Source: an uncultured Faecalibacterium sp.
Lineage (GTDB): Bacteria > Bacillota > Clostridia > Oscillospirales > Ruminococcaceae
Length of the DNA stretch: 64,000 bases
Assembly (NCBI GenBank): GCA_904394215.1
Contig: CAJFNF010000006.1
Location: 289 to 64,288 of the forward strand
Direction: 5' to 3'
Part shown: positions 38,382-46,146 of the stretch, one piece after another
Position numbering within the stretch: position 1 is the first letter of the stretch
Layout: the number at the start of each line of letters is the position of its first letter
The notes under the pieces: model-generated
Told to the model about the DNA's origin: nothing
Database searches by the model: none
Seen by the model: the letters and a program-made list of their open reading frames with translations, nothing else
Made by a program: the position numbers and the translations under genes

Positions 38382-39401
38382 ATGTTTCCCCAGGAAAAAC
38401 CGCTGGTCAGCATCATTCTGCCGGTTTACAACGCCAAAAACCACATTGCCCGGTGCATTGAGAGCATCCGGGCCCAGACCTACCGGGATATCGAAATCAT
38501 CATCCTGAACGATGGCTCCCGGGACATCAGCCTGCCGGTGTGCGAAATGTACCGGAAGGTGGATGACCGGATTCTGCTGGTGGACAAGGACAATTCCGGG
38601 GTATCCGACACCCGGAATCTGGGCCTGCGGCTGGCCAGGGGCAAGTATATCCAGTTTGTGGACAGCGACGACTACCTGGACCCCGACTACACCGAGCACC
38701 TGGTCACCGCTGCCGAGGAGCAGCAGGCCGACCTGGTGATCGCCCCCTACAAGATGGTGATCCCCCGGGAAATGTCCTCGGGCCATCGGATCCAGGAAAA
38801 ACTGGCCGCCCTGCTGCCGGGGGAAAGCCCGGCCAACCAGCCGGAAGAGGAAGAGAAACCGGAAATCCGGGTTTACAACTTCCTGCCCAAGGGCCTGATG
38901 GACACCGAGGGCTTTGCCCTCCACCTGATGGACAAACCGGCCTCCTATTATTACGGGGTGCTGTGGAACAAGCTGTACCGCCGGGACATCCTCACCAGCC
39001 ATGAGATTTTCTTTGTCAGCGAAATCCACTGGTCGGAGGACCTGGTGTTCAACCTGCAGTATATCCAGTATGCCAGCCGGTTTTATGCCATCGACCAGCC
39101 GGGGTACTACTACGTCCAGAACCCCCAGAGCCTGGTCCACACCCAGCTGCGGCCCGAGGCCATCGTCAAGATGAAGACCACCGTGTTTCCCTATTACAAG
39201 GCCCTGTATGAAAAGCTGGGGCTGTACGAGGAAAACAAAGCGGCCATCCGGCGGTATCTGGTGCTGGCCTCCGAGAGCAGCATGCCCAGCGGCCCCCTGG
39301 AGGATGTGGTGTCGGGGGCCCTGGAAAAATGGGATGACCTGACCGCCGGTGCGGTGAATATGCTGGAAAACACCGCCCAGAAGCGGAAGCCCAAAAACTG
39401 A
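38382..39401 (+). CDS. family 2 glycosyltransferase
   Basis: VSIILPVYNAKNHIARCIESIRAQTYRDIEIIILNDGSRD...FVDSDD. Confidence 0.85.
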   Translation: MFPQEKPLVSIILPVYNAKNHIARCIESIRAQTYRDIEIIILNDGSRDISLPVCEMYRKVDDRILLVDKDNSGVSDTRNLGLRLARGKYIQFVDSDDYLDPDYTEHLVTAAEEQQADLVIAPYKMVIPREMSSGHRIQEKLAALLPGESPANQPEEEEKPEIRVYNFLPKGLMDTEGFALHLMDKPASYYYGVLWNKLYRRDILTSHEIFFVSEIHWSEDLVFNLQYIQYASRFYAIDQPGYYYVQNPQSLVHTQLRPEAIVKMKTTVFPYYKALYEKLGLYEENKAAIRRYLVLASESSMPSGPLEDVVSGALEKWDDLTAGAVNMLENTAQKRKPKN

Positions 39402-39413
39402 CCATGGACGGAA

Positions 39414-39455
39414 AATGCCTCCCGCCCGGCCCGGCCGGGAAGGGAGGCTTTTGAT
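39414..39455. terminator. rho-independent terminator between convergent genes
   Basis: Hairpin GCCTCCC...GGGAGGC followed by TTTTGATTT on the plus strand. Confidence 0.6.
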
Positions 39456-39483
39456 TTCCAAATAGACGACAGTGGGCAAAAAA

Positions 39484-41280
39484 TCAGGCGCCGATGGCAG
39501 CGCACTTGCGGGCCAGCCAGTCCCGCTCCTCGTCGGTCAGACGGGGGGCCAGCAGCTCAAAGACATGGCGGTGATAGCGGTTCAGCCAGTCCAGCTGATC
39601 CCTGGTCAGGACGCCGGGGACGATGGGGGAAGTGGCGATGGGCACCCAGGTCAGGGGCTCAAAGCAGAGGAAGTGGCCGTACTGGTTGGTGGTCTTGTCC
39701 CGGCATTCCAGCTCGTTCTCGATCCGGATGCCCAGCCGGCCGCCCTCGTAGACGCCCGGCTCGTCGGTGATCACCATGCCCGGCTCAAAGACCACCTGGT
39801 TGCGGCCGTTGAGGCTCTGGGGGCCTTCGTGGACGTTGCCCACAAAGCTGACGCTGTGGCCGGTGCCGCAGCGGTAGTTGATCAGGTGCTGCCACAGGGG
39901 CTCGCGGGCGATGGTGTCCAGCATCTGGCCGGTGCAGTAGTCCAGCCACACCGCCTTGGCAATGTCGATGTGGCACTGCAGGGTCCAAGTATAGCACAGA
40001 CGCTCCTCCTCGGTCAGGGGGCCCAGGGGATAGGTGCGGGTGATGTCGGTGGTGCCGTCCATGTAGGTGCCGCCGCAGTCCACCAGCAGGAAGCCCTTCC
40101 GCTCCAGGGGAGCGTGGTCCTCTTCGGTGGCGTGGTAGTGCATCATGGCGGCGTTGGCGCCGTAGGCGGCGATGGTGTGGAAGCTCTCCACCAGGAACTT
40201 GTCCTGGGCGCTGCGGTACTTGTGGAGGATCTCGTCCACCGTCAGCTCGGTGAGGGTCTCGCCGGCTTCCAGCCGCTCCTCCAGCTCCTTCTGGAACCGG
40301 ACCATGGCCACGGCGTCCCGGATGTGGCACTCCCGGGTGTGGGCCAGCTCGGTCTCGTTCTTGGTGCCCTTCATGGGCAGCAGGGGATCGGGCAGGGCCT
40401 TGACGGTGAAGGCTGCGTTGGATTCCAGGGTGCTGTAGACCGCATAGTTGACCGAGTCGGGGTCGGCCAGGATGGTCTGGGGCTGGCTGTAGTTTGCCAG
40501 GAAGGACAGCACCTCGTCATAGCCTGCCAGGCGGACGCCGTCGGCTTCCAGTGCCTGGGCGGCCTCGGGGGCCAGGCGGTCCCTGTTGATGAACAGCACA
40601 GCCTCCTCCTGGGTCACAAAGCAGTAGGCCATGGCGTAGGGGGTGCAGGCAATGTCCATGGCACGCAGGTTCAGCAGCCATGCCAGGTTGTCCAGCTTGC
40701 CCACCATCTGGGCGGTGCAACCCAGCCCGGTGAGCTTGGCCCGCAGCCGTGCCAGCTTTTCGGCGGGGGTGGCACCTGCATATTCAGCGGGCAGCAGCCA
40801 GGCCGGGGTGGCGGGCAGGGCGGGACGGCCCTCGGTCCACAGCTGGTCCTCCAGGTTGTAGGTGCGGACCTCCACACCTTTGGGGTCCAGCACCTTCTGG
40901 AGGCCGCGGACCAGCTTGCAGGAGGCGGTGAGGCCGCACAGGCCCAGCACCTGGCCCTCGGTGAGGGCGTCGGCGCAGTAGGCCTCCACGGTGGGAACGC
41001 CCGGCTCGCCCATCTTCATCAGCTGGATCTCGGTGCCGGCCAGCTGCTTTTCGGCCTGGACAAAGAACCGGCCGTCCACCCACAGGGCGCTGGCGGTCAG
41101 GGTGACCACCAGGGTGGAGTTTTCGCCGGTGAACCCGGAAAAATATTCCCGGCTGTTATAATGAGCCGGCAGATACTCGCTGGAATGCGGGTCGCCGGTG
41201 GGGATCAGGTATGCCTGGCAGCCCGCGTCCTCCATGGCGTGGCGGAGGGCGGCGAGCCGTTCGCTGATGGTAGACATCAT
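39484..41280 (-). CDS. M24-family Xaa-Pro aminopeptidase (aminopeptidase P-like, 598 aa)
   Basis: Creatinase/prolidase-type N-domains plus a pita-bread C-domain (LVDCGGTYMDGTTDITRT...GTGHSVSFVGNVHEGP...VITDEPGVY...IRIENEL). Confidence 0.88.
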   Translation of the reverse strand: MMSTISERLAALRHAMEDAGCQAYLIPTGDPHSSEYLPAHYNSREYFSGFTGENSTLVVTLTASALWVDGRFFVQAEKQLAGTEIQLMKMGEPGVPTVEAYCADALTEGQVLGLCGLTASCKLVRGLQKVLDPKGVEVRTYNLEDQLWTEGRPALPATPAWLLPAEYAGATPAEKLARLRAKLTGLGCTAQMVGKLDNLAWLLNLRAMDIACTPYAMAYCFVTQEEAVLFINRDRLAPEAAQALEADGVRLAGYDEVLSFLANYSQPQTILADPDSVNYAVYSTLESNAAFTVKALPDPLLPMKGTKNETELAHTRECHIRDAVAMVRFQKELEERLEAGETLTELTVDEILHKYRSAQDKFLVESFHTIAAYGANAAMMHYHATEEDHAPLERKGFLLVDCGGTYMDGTTDITRTYPLGPLTEEERLCYTWTLQCHIDIAKAVWLDYCTGQMLDTIAREPLWQHLINYRCGTGHSVSFVGNVHEGPQSLNGRNQVVFEPGMVITDEPGVYEGGRLGIRIENELECRDKTTNQYGHFLCFEPLTWVPIATSPIVPGVLTRDQLDWLNRYHRHVFELLAPRLTDEERDWLARKCAAIGA

Positions 41281-41601
41281 AGAAAATTAGCCTTCTTTCT
41301 GCAAGGAACGTCCGGCCGGGGCGGTGGCCCGGCGGCGTTGGTGTGCGCTTGCCCTCCTATTGTAGCATCCCGGCGGACAGAATGCAAACCCTTTGGCCCG
41401 TCCCGGAAAATTTACAAAAAATTCCGCAAATCGCCGTTTCGGCCATTGACAGGTTTGTTATAATAAAGATGTATGAAGTTCACGGAGACGGGCCTGCTGC
41501 CCTGCCTTTTGGCACCGGGCGCTGCGGTCTGCGAAGGCCGGGCTGTGTTGCTCCGCTGTCCTGCAAGATATGATGAGAAGAAAACGAGGCATTTGAAAAC
41601 A

Positions 41602-42840
41602 ATGGCAACCAAAATTGATATTTTTTCCGGCTTCCTGGGCGCCGGCAAGACGACCCTGATCAAGAAGCTGATTCGTGAGTCCTTCCAGGGCCAGCAGGTG
41701 GTGCTGATCGAGAACGAGTTCGGCGAGATCGGCATCGACGGCGGCTTCCTGAAGGAGTCGGGCATCAAGATCAACGAGCTGAACGCCGGCTGCATCTGCT
41801 GCTCCCTGGTGGGCGACTTCCGGGAAGCCCTGTGCAAGGTGGTGGACCAGTACCACCCCGACCGGATTGTCATCGAGCCCTCGGGCGTGGGCAAGCTGTC
41901 CGATGTGATCCGGGCCGTGGAGGCCGTGGCCGAGCACCTGGATGTGGAGCTGTCCAGCTTTGTGACGGTGGCCGATGTCAACAAGGTCAAGCTGTATATG
42001 AAGAACTTCGGTGAGTTCTACAACGACCAGGTGTCCAACGCCAGCTGCATCCTGCTGAGCCGCACCGGCAACGCCGACCCCGACAAGGTGGCCGCCGCCG
42101 TGGCCATGCTGCGGGAGAAGAACCCCACCGCCACCATCGTCACCACTCCCTGGGACCAGCTGACCGGTGATCAGATCCTGAAGGCCATGAGCGAGAAGGA
42201 TGACTTCGTGGCCCAGCTGCTGGCCATGGCCGCCGAGGCCAACGCCGCCCACGCCGATGAGGACGAGGAAGAGGAGCACGAGCACCATCATCATCACCAC
42301 GACCACGATGAGGAGGGCGAGTGCTGCTGCCACCATCATCACGATGATGACGATGACGAGGATGAGCACGAGCATCACCATCATCACGACCATGACCATG
42401 AGGAAGGCGAGGAGCACGATCACTGCTGCTGCCACCATGACCATGATCATGAGGAAGAGGAAGACCACGACCACTGCTGCCATCACGATCATGACCACGA
42501 GGAGGGCGAGGGCCACGACCACTGCGGCTGCGGCCATCACCATCATCACCACCACGGCCATGACGCCGACGAGGTGTTCACCAGCTGGGGCGTCGAGACG
42601 GCCCGCACCTACAGCCGCGAGGCCATCGAGAAGGCCCTGGACGAGCTGGACAGCGGCAAGTACGGCATGATCCTCCGGTCCAAGGGCATTGTCAACGGCG
42701 GTGCCGACGGCTGGCTGGAGTTCGACTACGTCCCCGGCGAGCGGGAGATCCGCAGCCGCGGCGCCGACGTGGGCGGCAAGCTGGTGGTCATCGGCTCCAA
42801 GCTGGACGAGAAGGGCATCGCTGCCCTGTTCGGCTGCTGA
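41602..42840 (+). CDS. COG0523 (CobW/G3E) GTPase metallochaperone with long His/Asp/Glu/Cys-rich insert
   Basis: Walker A GFLGAGKTTL and metal motif GCICCS. The His/Cys-rich region is encoded at 42256-42565. A CobW_C-like end follows (ILRSKGIV...GGKLVVIG). Confidence 0.85.
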   Translation: MATKIDIFSGFLGAGKTTLIKKLIRESFQGQQVVLIENEFGEIGIDGGFLKESGIKINELNAGCICCSLVGDFREALCKVVDQYHPDRIVIEPSGVGKLSDVIRAVEAVAEHLDVELSSFVTVADVNKVKLYMKNFGEFYNDQVSNASCILLSRTGNADPDKVAAAVAMLREKNPTATIVTTPWDQLTGDQILKAMSEKDDFVAQLLAMAAEANAAHADEDEEEEHEHHHHHHDHDEEGECCCHHHHDDDDDEDEHEHHHHHDHDHEEGEEHDHCCCHHDHDHEEEEDHDHCCHHDHDHEEGEGHDHCGCGHHHHHHHGHDADEVFTSWGVETARTYSREAIEKALDELDSGKYGMILRSKGIVNGGADGWLEFDYVPGEREIRSRGADVGGKLVVIGSKLDEKGIAALFGC

Positions 42841-42890
42841 GCCTGCCCGCTGTGTTCTGACCGATAACCAGAAGGAGTACCATTCGATTT

Positions 42891-43853
42891 ATGGCAAAGG
42901 AAATTCCGGTCTACCTGTTTGTGGGCTTCCTCGAGAGCGGCAAGACCAAATTCATTCAGGAGACCTTTGAGGACCCCAATTTTGATTCCGGCGACAAGAC
43001 CCTGCTGCTGGTCTGCGAGGAAGGCGAAGAGGAGTACAAGCCCGAAAAGTTCGCCTTCCCCGGCACCAGCGTCCGGGTGCTGGAGGACAAGGCGGAACTG
43101 AACGCCCAGAACCTGTCCAACCTGGCCAAAGAGACCGGCGCAGGCCGTGTGGTCATCGAGTACAACGGCATGTGGCTTCTGCAGGATCTGGCCGACGCCC
43201 TGCCCAATGACTGGCTGATCTACCAGGTCATCGCCACCGCCGACGGCACCACCGCCCTGATGTATGCCCGGGATAACGCCATGCGGAGCCTGATGCTGGA
43301 CAAGATCGCCCGCAGCGAGCTGATTGTCTTCAACCGGGCCGAGAAGGTGAACACCGACGAGGCCCGGCAGGAGCTCCACAAGCTGGTGCGCCAGGCTTCC
43401 CGCCGCTGCGACATCGCCTATGAGTTCGCCGACGGCAGCGTGGCCTACGACGACATCCCCGACCCGCTGCCCTTTGATATCAACGCCCCCGTCATCGAGA
43501 TTGGGGACGATGATTTCGGCATCTGGTATATGGACTGCCAGGAGGACCCCCAGAAGTACGCTGGCAAGACGGTTCGGTTCCTGGCCCAGGTGTGCCAGAC
43601 CAACCGGGCCGGCAAGAACAGCTTTGTGCCCGGCCGGTTCGCCATGACCTGCTGTGTCCAGGACATCCAGTTTGTGGGCTTCCCCTGCTCCTATGACGGC
43701 TACAAGGAGCTGGAACAGCGCAGCTGGGTCACCGTCACCGCCCGGGTCGGCTACAAGTTCCACAACATCTACCGGGGCAAGGGCCCCGTGCTCAGCGCCA
43801 CCTCGGTGGAGCCGGCCCACAAGCCCCTCAACGACGTGGTGTCCTTCTCCTGA
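42891..43853 (+). CDS. G3E-like protein (degenerate P-loop, no CxCC) fused to a CC-motif C-terminal domain (DUF1980/YcgQ-like)
   Basis: GFLESGKTKF replaces GFLGAGKTT, and EYNGMW replaces the GCICC position. The C-terminus contains GKTVRFLAQV...FVPGRFAMTCCVQDIQFVGF...WVTVTARV. Confidence 0.65.
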   Translation: MAKEIPVYLFVGFLESGKTKFIQETFEDPNFDSGDKTLLLVCEEGEEEYKPEKFAFPGTSVRVLEDKAELNAQNLSNLAKETGAGRVVIEYNGMWLLQDLADALPNDWLIYQVIATADGTTALMYARDNAMRSLMLDKIARSELIVFNRAEKVNTDEARQELHKLVRQASRRCDIAYEFADGSVAYDDIPDPLPFDINAPVIEIGDDDFGIWYMDCQEDPQKYAGKTVRFLAQVCQTNRAGKNSFVPGRFAMTCCVQDIQFVGFPCSYDGYKELEQRSWVTVTARVGYKFHNIYRGKGPVLSATSVEPAHKPLNDVVSFS

Positions 43854-43994
43854 CCGGCTGACGGGTTGCAGATCCGCGCAGCAGGCCAGGTCCGCCTTGG
43901 GGACAAGATTGTTTTTCCGGCCCCGGCCGGTGAACGATAGACGTCAGCGGGGCCAGGCCCCGGGACGCAATGCCAATGACAGGAGGGTTTGCAG

Positions 43995-44339
43995 ATGAGA
44001 GTATTGTTTCAACTGTTGGGCGCAGCTGCTGCGGTGGCTGTGGCAGGCGTCAGCGCCGTTGTTCTGGCCAAGAAGGCGGGCAAGAAGAGCCCGGTCCAGG
44101 TGACGGTGGATCTGGCAGAGGACGCTGAAACCGACAAGGAAACCGCTGCCAAGACCGCCGCTGCCTATGAGGCCGGCGTGGCAGCCGGCAAGGCCCATGC
44201 CGAGGCCATCAAGAAGGCCGCCGAGGCCGAGGCCGCAGAAGCTGCTGCTGATGAGGCACAGGATGCCCAGCCCGAGCAGCCGGGCCCGGAACCTGACCAG
44301 GAGCCTGCTGCCGGCACGGAAGAGGAAGAAGAAAACTAA
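43995..44339 (+). CDS. small membrane-anchored Ala/Glu-rich protein
   Basis: RBS AGGAGGG lies 7 nt before the ATG at 43995. One N-terminal TM helix, then low-complexity acidic sequence. A terminator follows. Confidence 0.5.
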   Translation: MRVLFQLLGAAAAVAVAGVSAVVLAKKAGKKSPVQVTVDLAEDAETDKETAAKTAAAYEAGVAAGKAHAEAIKKAAEAEAAEAAADEAQDAQPEQPGPEPDQEPAAGTEEEEEN

Positions 44340-44344
44340 CGCCA

Positions 44345-44378
44345 GGGGGCGCACCGGGAAACCGGTGCGCCCCTTTTC
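44345..44378 (+). terminator. rho-independent terminator
   Basis: GGGGGCGCACCGG-GAAA-CCGGTGCGCCCC followed by TTTTC. Confidence 0.8.
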
Positions 44379-44447
44379 GCTGTCCGGGCTGTGCAGATCG
44401 CCGGGAATCGGCCGGAAAAACCAGGCAGAAAGCTGCCACATTGCTAC

Positions 44448-44476
44448 TTTACAACTCTAGCGTGATAAAGTATAAT
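44448..44476 (+). promoter_or_regulatory. putative sigma-A promoter of the his operon
   Basis: TTTACA (44448-44453), a 17-nt spacer, then TATAAT (44471-44476). Confidence 0.6.
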
Positions 44477-44529
44477 AGGCCCATACGCTAGGAAAGAATC
44501 AGAGAACAAGAAGAAAGGGAACTGCTGCC

Positions 44530-46146
44530 ATGGAATTTGAACTTTCCCTGTTGCAGCCCAAGGAACGGGCCTCCTTTGGACTGCGTGCCCTCTACGAAGC
44601 GGCGGGCTGCCGCAAGTATCACATGGGCCAGTTTGAAGAATACGCCCTGTATCAGGAAAACCAGAACTTCCTGGCTTCCCGGCAGGTCATCACCTTCACC
44701 GACCTGGACGGGCGGCTGCTGGCCCTCAAGCCGGACGTCACCCTCTCCATTGCCAAGAGCGCCCAGCCGGACCCCGGCGAGACCCGGCGGTATTATTACA
44801 GTGAAAACGTCTACCGGCCCTCGGCCGAGAGCCATACCTTTAAAGAGATTGCCCAGATGGGCCTGGAATACATCGGCCGGGTGGGCCAGGCCGAGACCGG
44901 CGAGGCGGTGGGCCTGGCGGCCCGGTCCCTGACGTTGTTGGCCGACACCATGGGCCAGGCCTGGCAGATGGAGCTGGGCCACATGGGGTACCTGTCGGGG
45001 CTGCTGGACGCCCTGGATGTGCCGGCCAGCGCCCGGCAGGGGATTCTGGCCCGGCTGCGGGCCAAGAACCGCCACGAGCTGCGGACCGCCGCCCTGGCCG
45101 CCGGCCTGGGAGGCAAGGGGGCCGAGGCCCTGGATGAGCTGCTGGCCCTGTCGGGCCCGGCGCCGGCGGTGCTGGACCGGGCCGGGGCCGGCTGCCGGAA
45201 CCAGGCCATGAAAGAAGCCGTGGCCCAGCTGCGGGCCCTGGAAGCCCAGCTGACTGCGGAGGGCCAGGGGGTTCAGATTGACCTGAGCCTGTCGGGGGAG
45301 ATGGAGTACTACAACGGCCTGATCTTCCAGGGCTACCTGCGGGGGGCGCCCCGGCCGGTGCTGAAGGGGGGCCGGTACGACCTGCTGGCCCAAAAGTTCA
45401 CCCCCGGCGCCGGGGCCATCGGCTTTGCGGTCTATCTGGATGAGCTGGACCGCCTGACGGCCCCGGCGCCCCCGGTCCAGACCACCGGCGCCGGGCTGCT
45501 GAATGTGGCCCTGCCCAAGGGCCGGCTGGGAGACAAAGTCTACAACCTGCTGGCCGAGGGAGGCTGCATCACCCCCGAGGACTACAACGCCTCCCGGAAA
45601 CTGGTGGTGGAGGACAAAGCCGCCGGGGTTCGGTGCTTCCTGGTGAAGCCCAGCGACGTGGCCATCTATGTGGAACACGGCGCCGCCGACGTGGGTATTG
45701 TGGGCAAGGATATCCTGTCCGAGGCCGAGGCCGACGTCTACGAGCTGCTGGACACCGGCCTGGGCCGGTGCCGGATGTGCGTGGCCGCCCCGGCAGGGTA
45801 CCAGGATGACCCCGGCCGCCCCCTGCGGGTGGCCACCAAGTTCCCCCGGATTGCCAAAGAATACTATGCGTCCCTGGGCCGGGACATTGAGATCATCAAG
45901 CTCAACGGTTCCATCGAGCTGGCCCCCATCCTGGGGCTGTCGGATGTGATTGTGGATATTGTGGAGACCGGCACCACCCTGCGGGAAAACGGCCTGGCAG
46001 TGGTGGCTGAGTTCATGCACATATCGGCCCGGGTGATTGCCAATAAATCCAGCTATCAGTTCAAGCGCCGGCAGACCGACCGGATGCTGGACCAGCTGCG
46101 CCGGGCCCTGGCCCGCCGCCAGAGCCAGAAGGAGGAAATGAAATGA
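44530..46146 (+). CDS. hisZG: fused ATP phosphoribosyltransferase regulatory subunit (HisZ) and short-form catalytic subunit (HisG)
   Basis: A single 538-aa frame. The N-terminal ~320 aa are HisRS-like HisZ (RALYEAAGCRKYHMGQFE...LKPDVTLSIAK). The C-terminal ~210 aa are HisG-S (LNVALPKGRL...LVKPSDVAIYVEHGAADVGIVGKD...DIVETGTTLREN). Confidence 0.85.
   Translation: MEFELSLLQPKERASFGLRALYEAAGCRKYHMGQFEEYALYQENQNFLASRQVITFTDLDGRLLALKPDVTLSIAKSAQPDPGETRRYYYSENVYRPSAESHTFKEIAQMGLEYIGRVGQAETGEAVGLAARSLTLLADTMGQAWQMELGHMGYLSGLLDALDVPASARQGILARLRAKNRHELRTAALAAGLGGKGAEALDELLALSGPAPAVLDRAGAGCRNQAMKEAVAQLRALEAQLTAEGQGVQIDLSLSGEMEYYNGLIFQGYLRGAPRPVLKGGRYDLLAQKFTPGAGAIGFAVYLDELDRLTAPAPPVQTTGAGLLNVALPKGRLGDKVYNLLAEGGCITPEDYNASRKLVVEDKAAGVRCFLVKPSDVAIYVEHGAADVGIVGKDILSEAEADVYELLDTGLGRCRMCVAAPAGYQDDPGRPLRVATKFPRIAKEYYASLGRDIEIIKLNGSIELAPILGLSDVIVDIVETGTTLRENGLAVVAEFMHISARVIANKSSYQFKRRQTDRMLDQLRRALARRQSQKEEMK

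Noticed and set aside
41470-41601. GC-rich ~130-nt leader of the COG0523 operon considered as a metal or cobalamin riboswitch or Zur-regulated region
   Set aside because: I saw no B12 box, no recognisable NiCo four-way-junction signature, and no Zur-type AT-rich palindrome. It has a small GNRA-like hairpin but insufficient evidence. It is worth an Rfam cmscan but is not reportable.
41458-42561. 367-aa minus-strand ORF with long hydrophobic M/V/A/L runs
   Set aside because: It is the reverse complement of the His/Asp/Glu codon repeats of the COG0523 gene (CAT/CAC/GAC read backwards give ATG/GTG/GTC). It is an artefact of the coding repeat, not a membrane protein.
42256-42565. Repetitive DNA (CAC/CAT/GAC/GAG runs) considered as a microsatellite or CRISPR-like array
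   Set aside because: It lies in frame inside a well-supported CDS and encodes the His/Asp/Glu/Cys tract. There is no repeat-spacer architecture.
44377-44529. his-operon leader examined for a His-codon attenuator peptide or His T-box
   Set aside because: Only ~50 nt lie between the predicted -10 box and the ATG. There is no run of His codons, no T-box consensus and no terminator hairpin.
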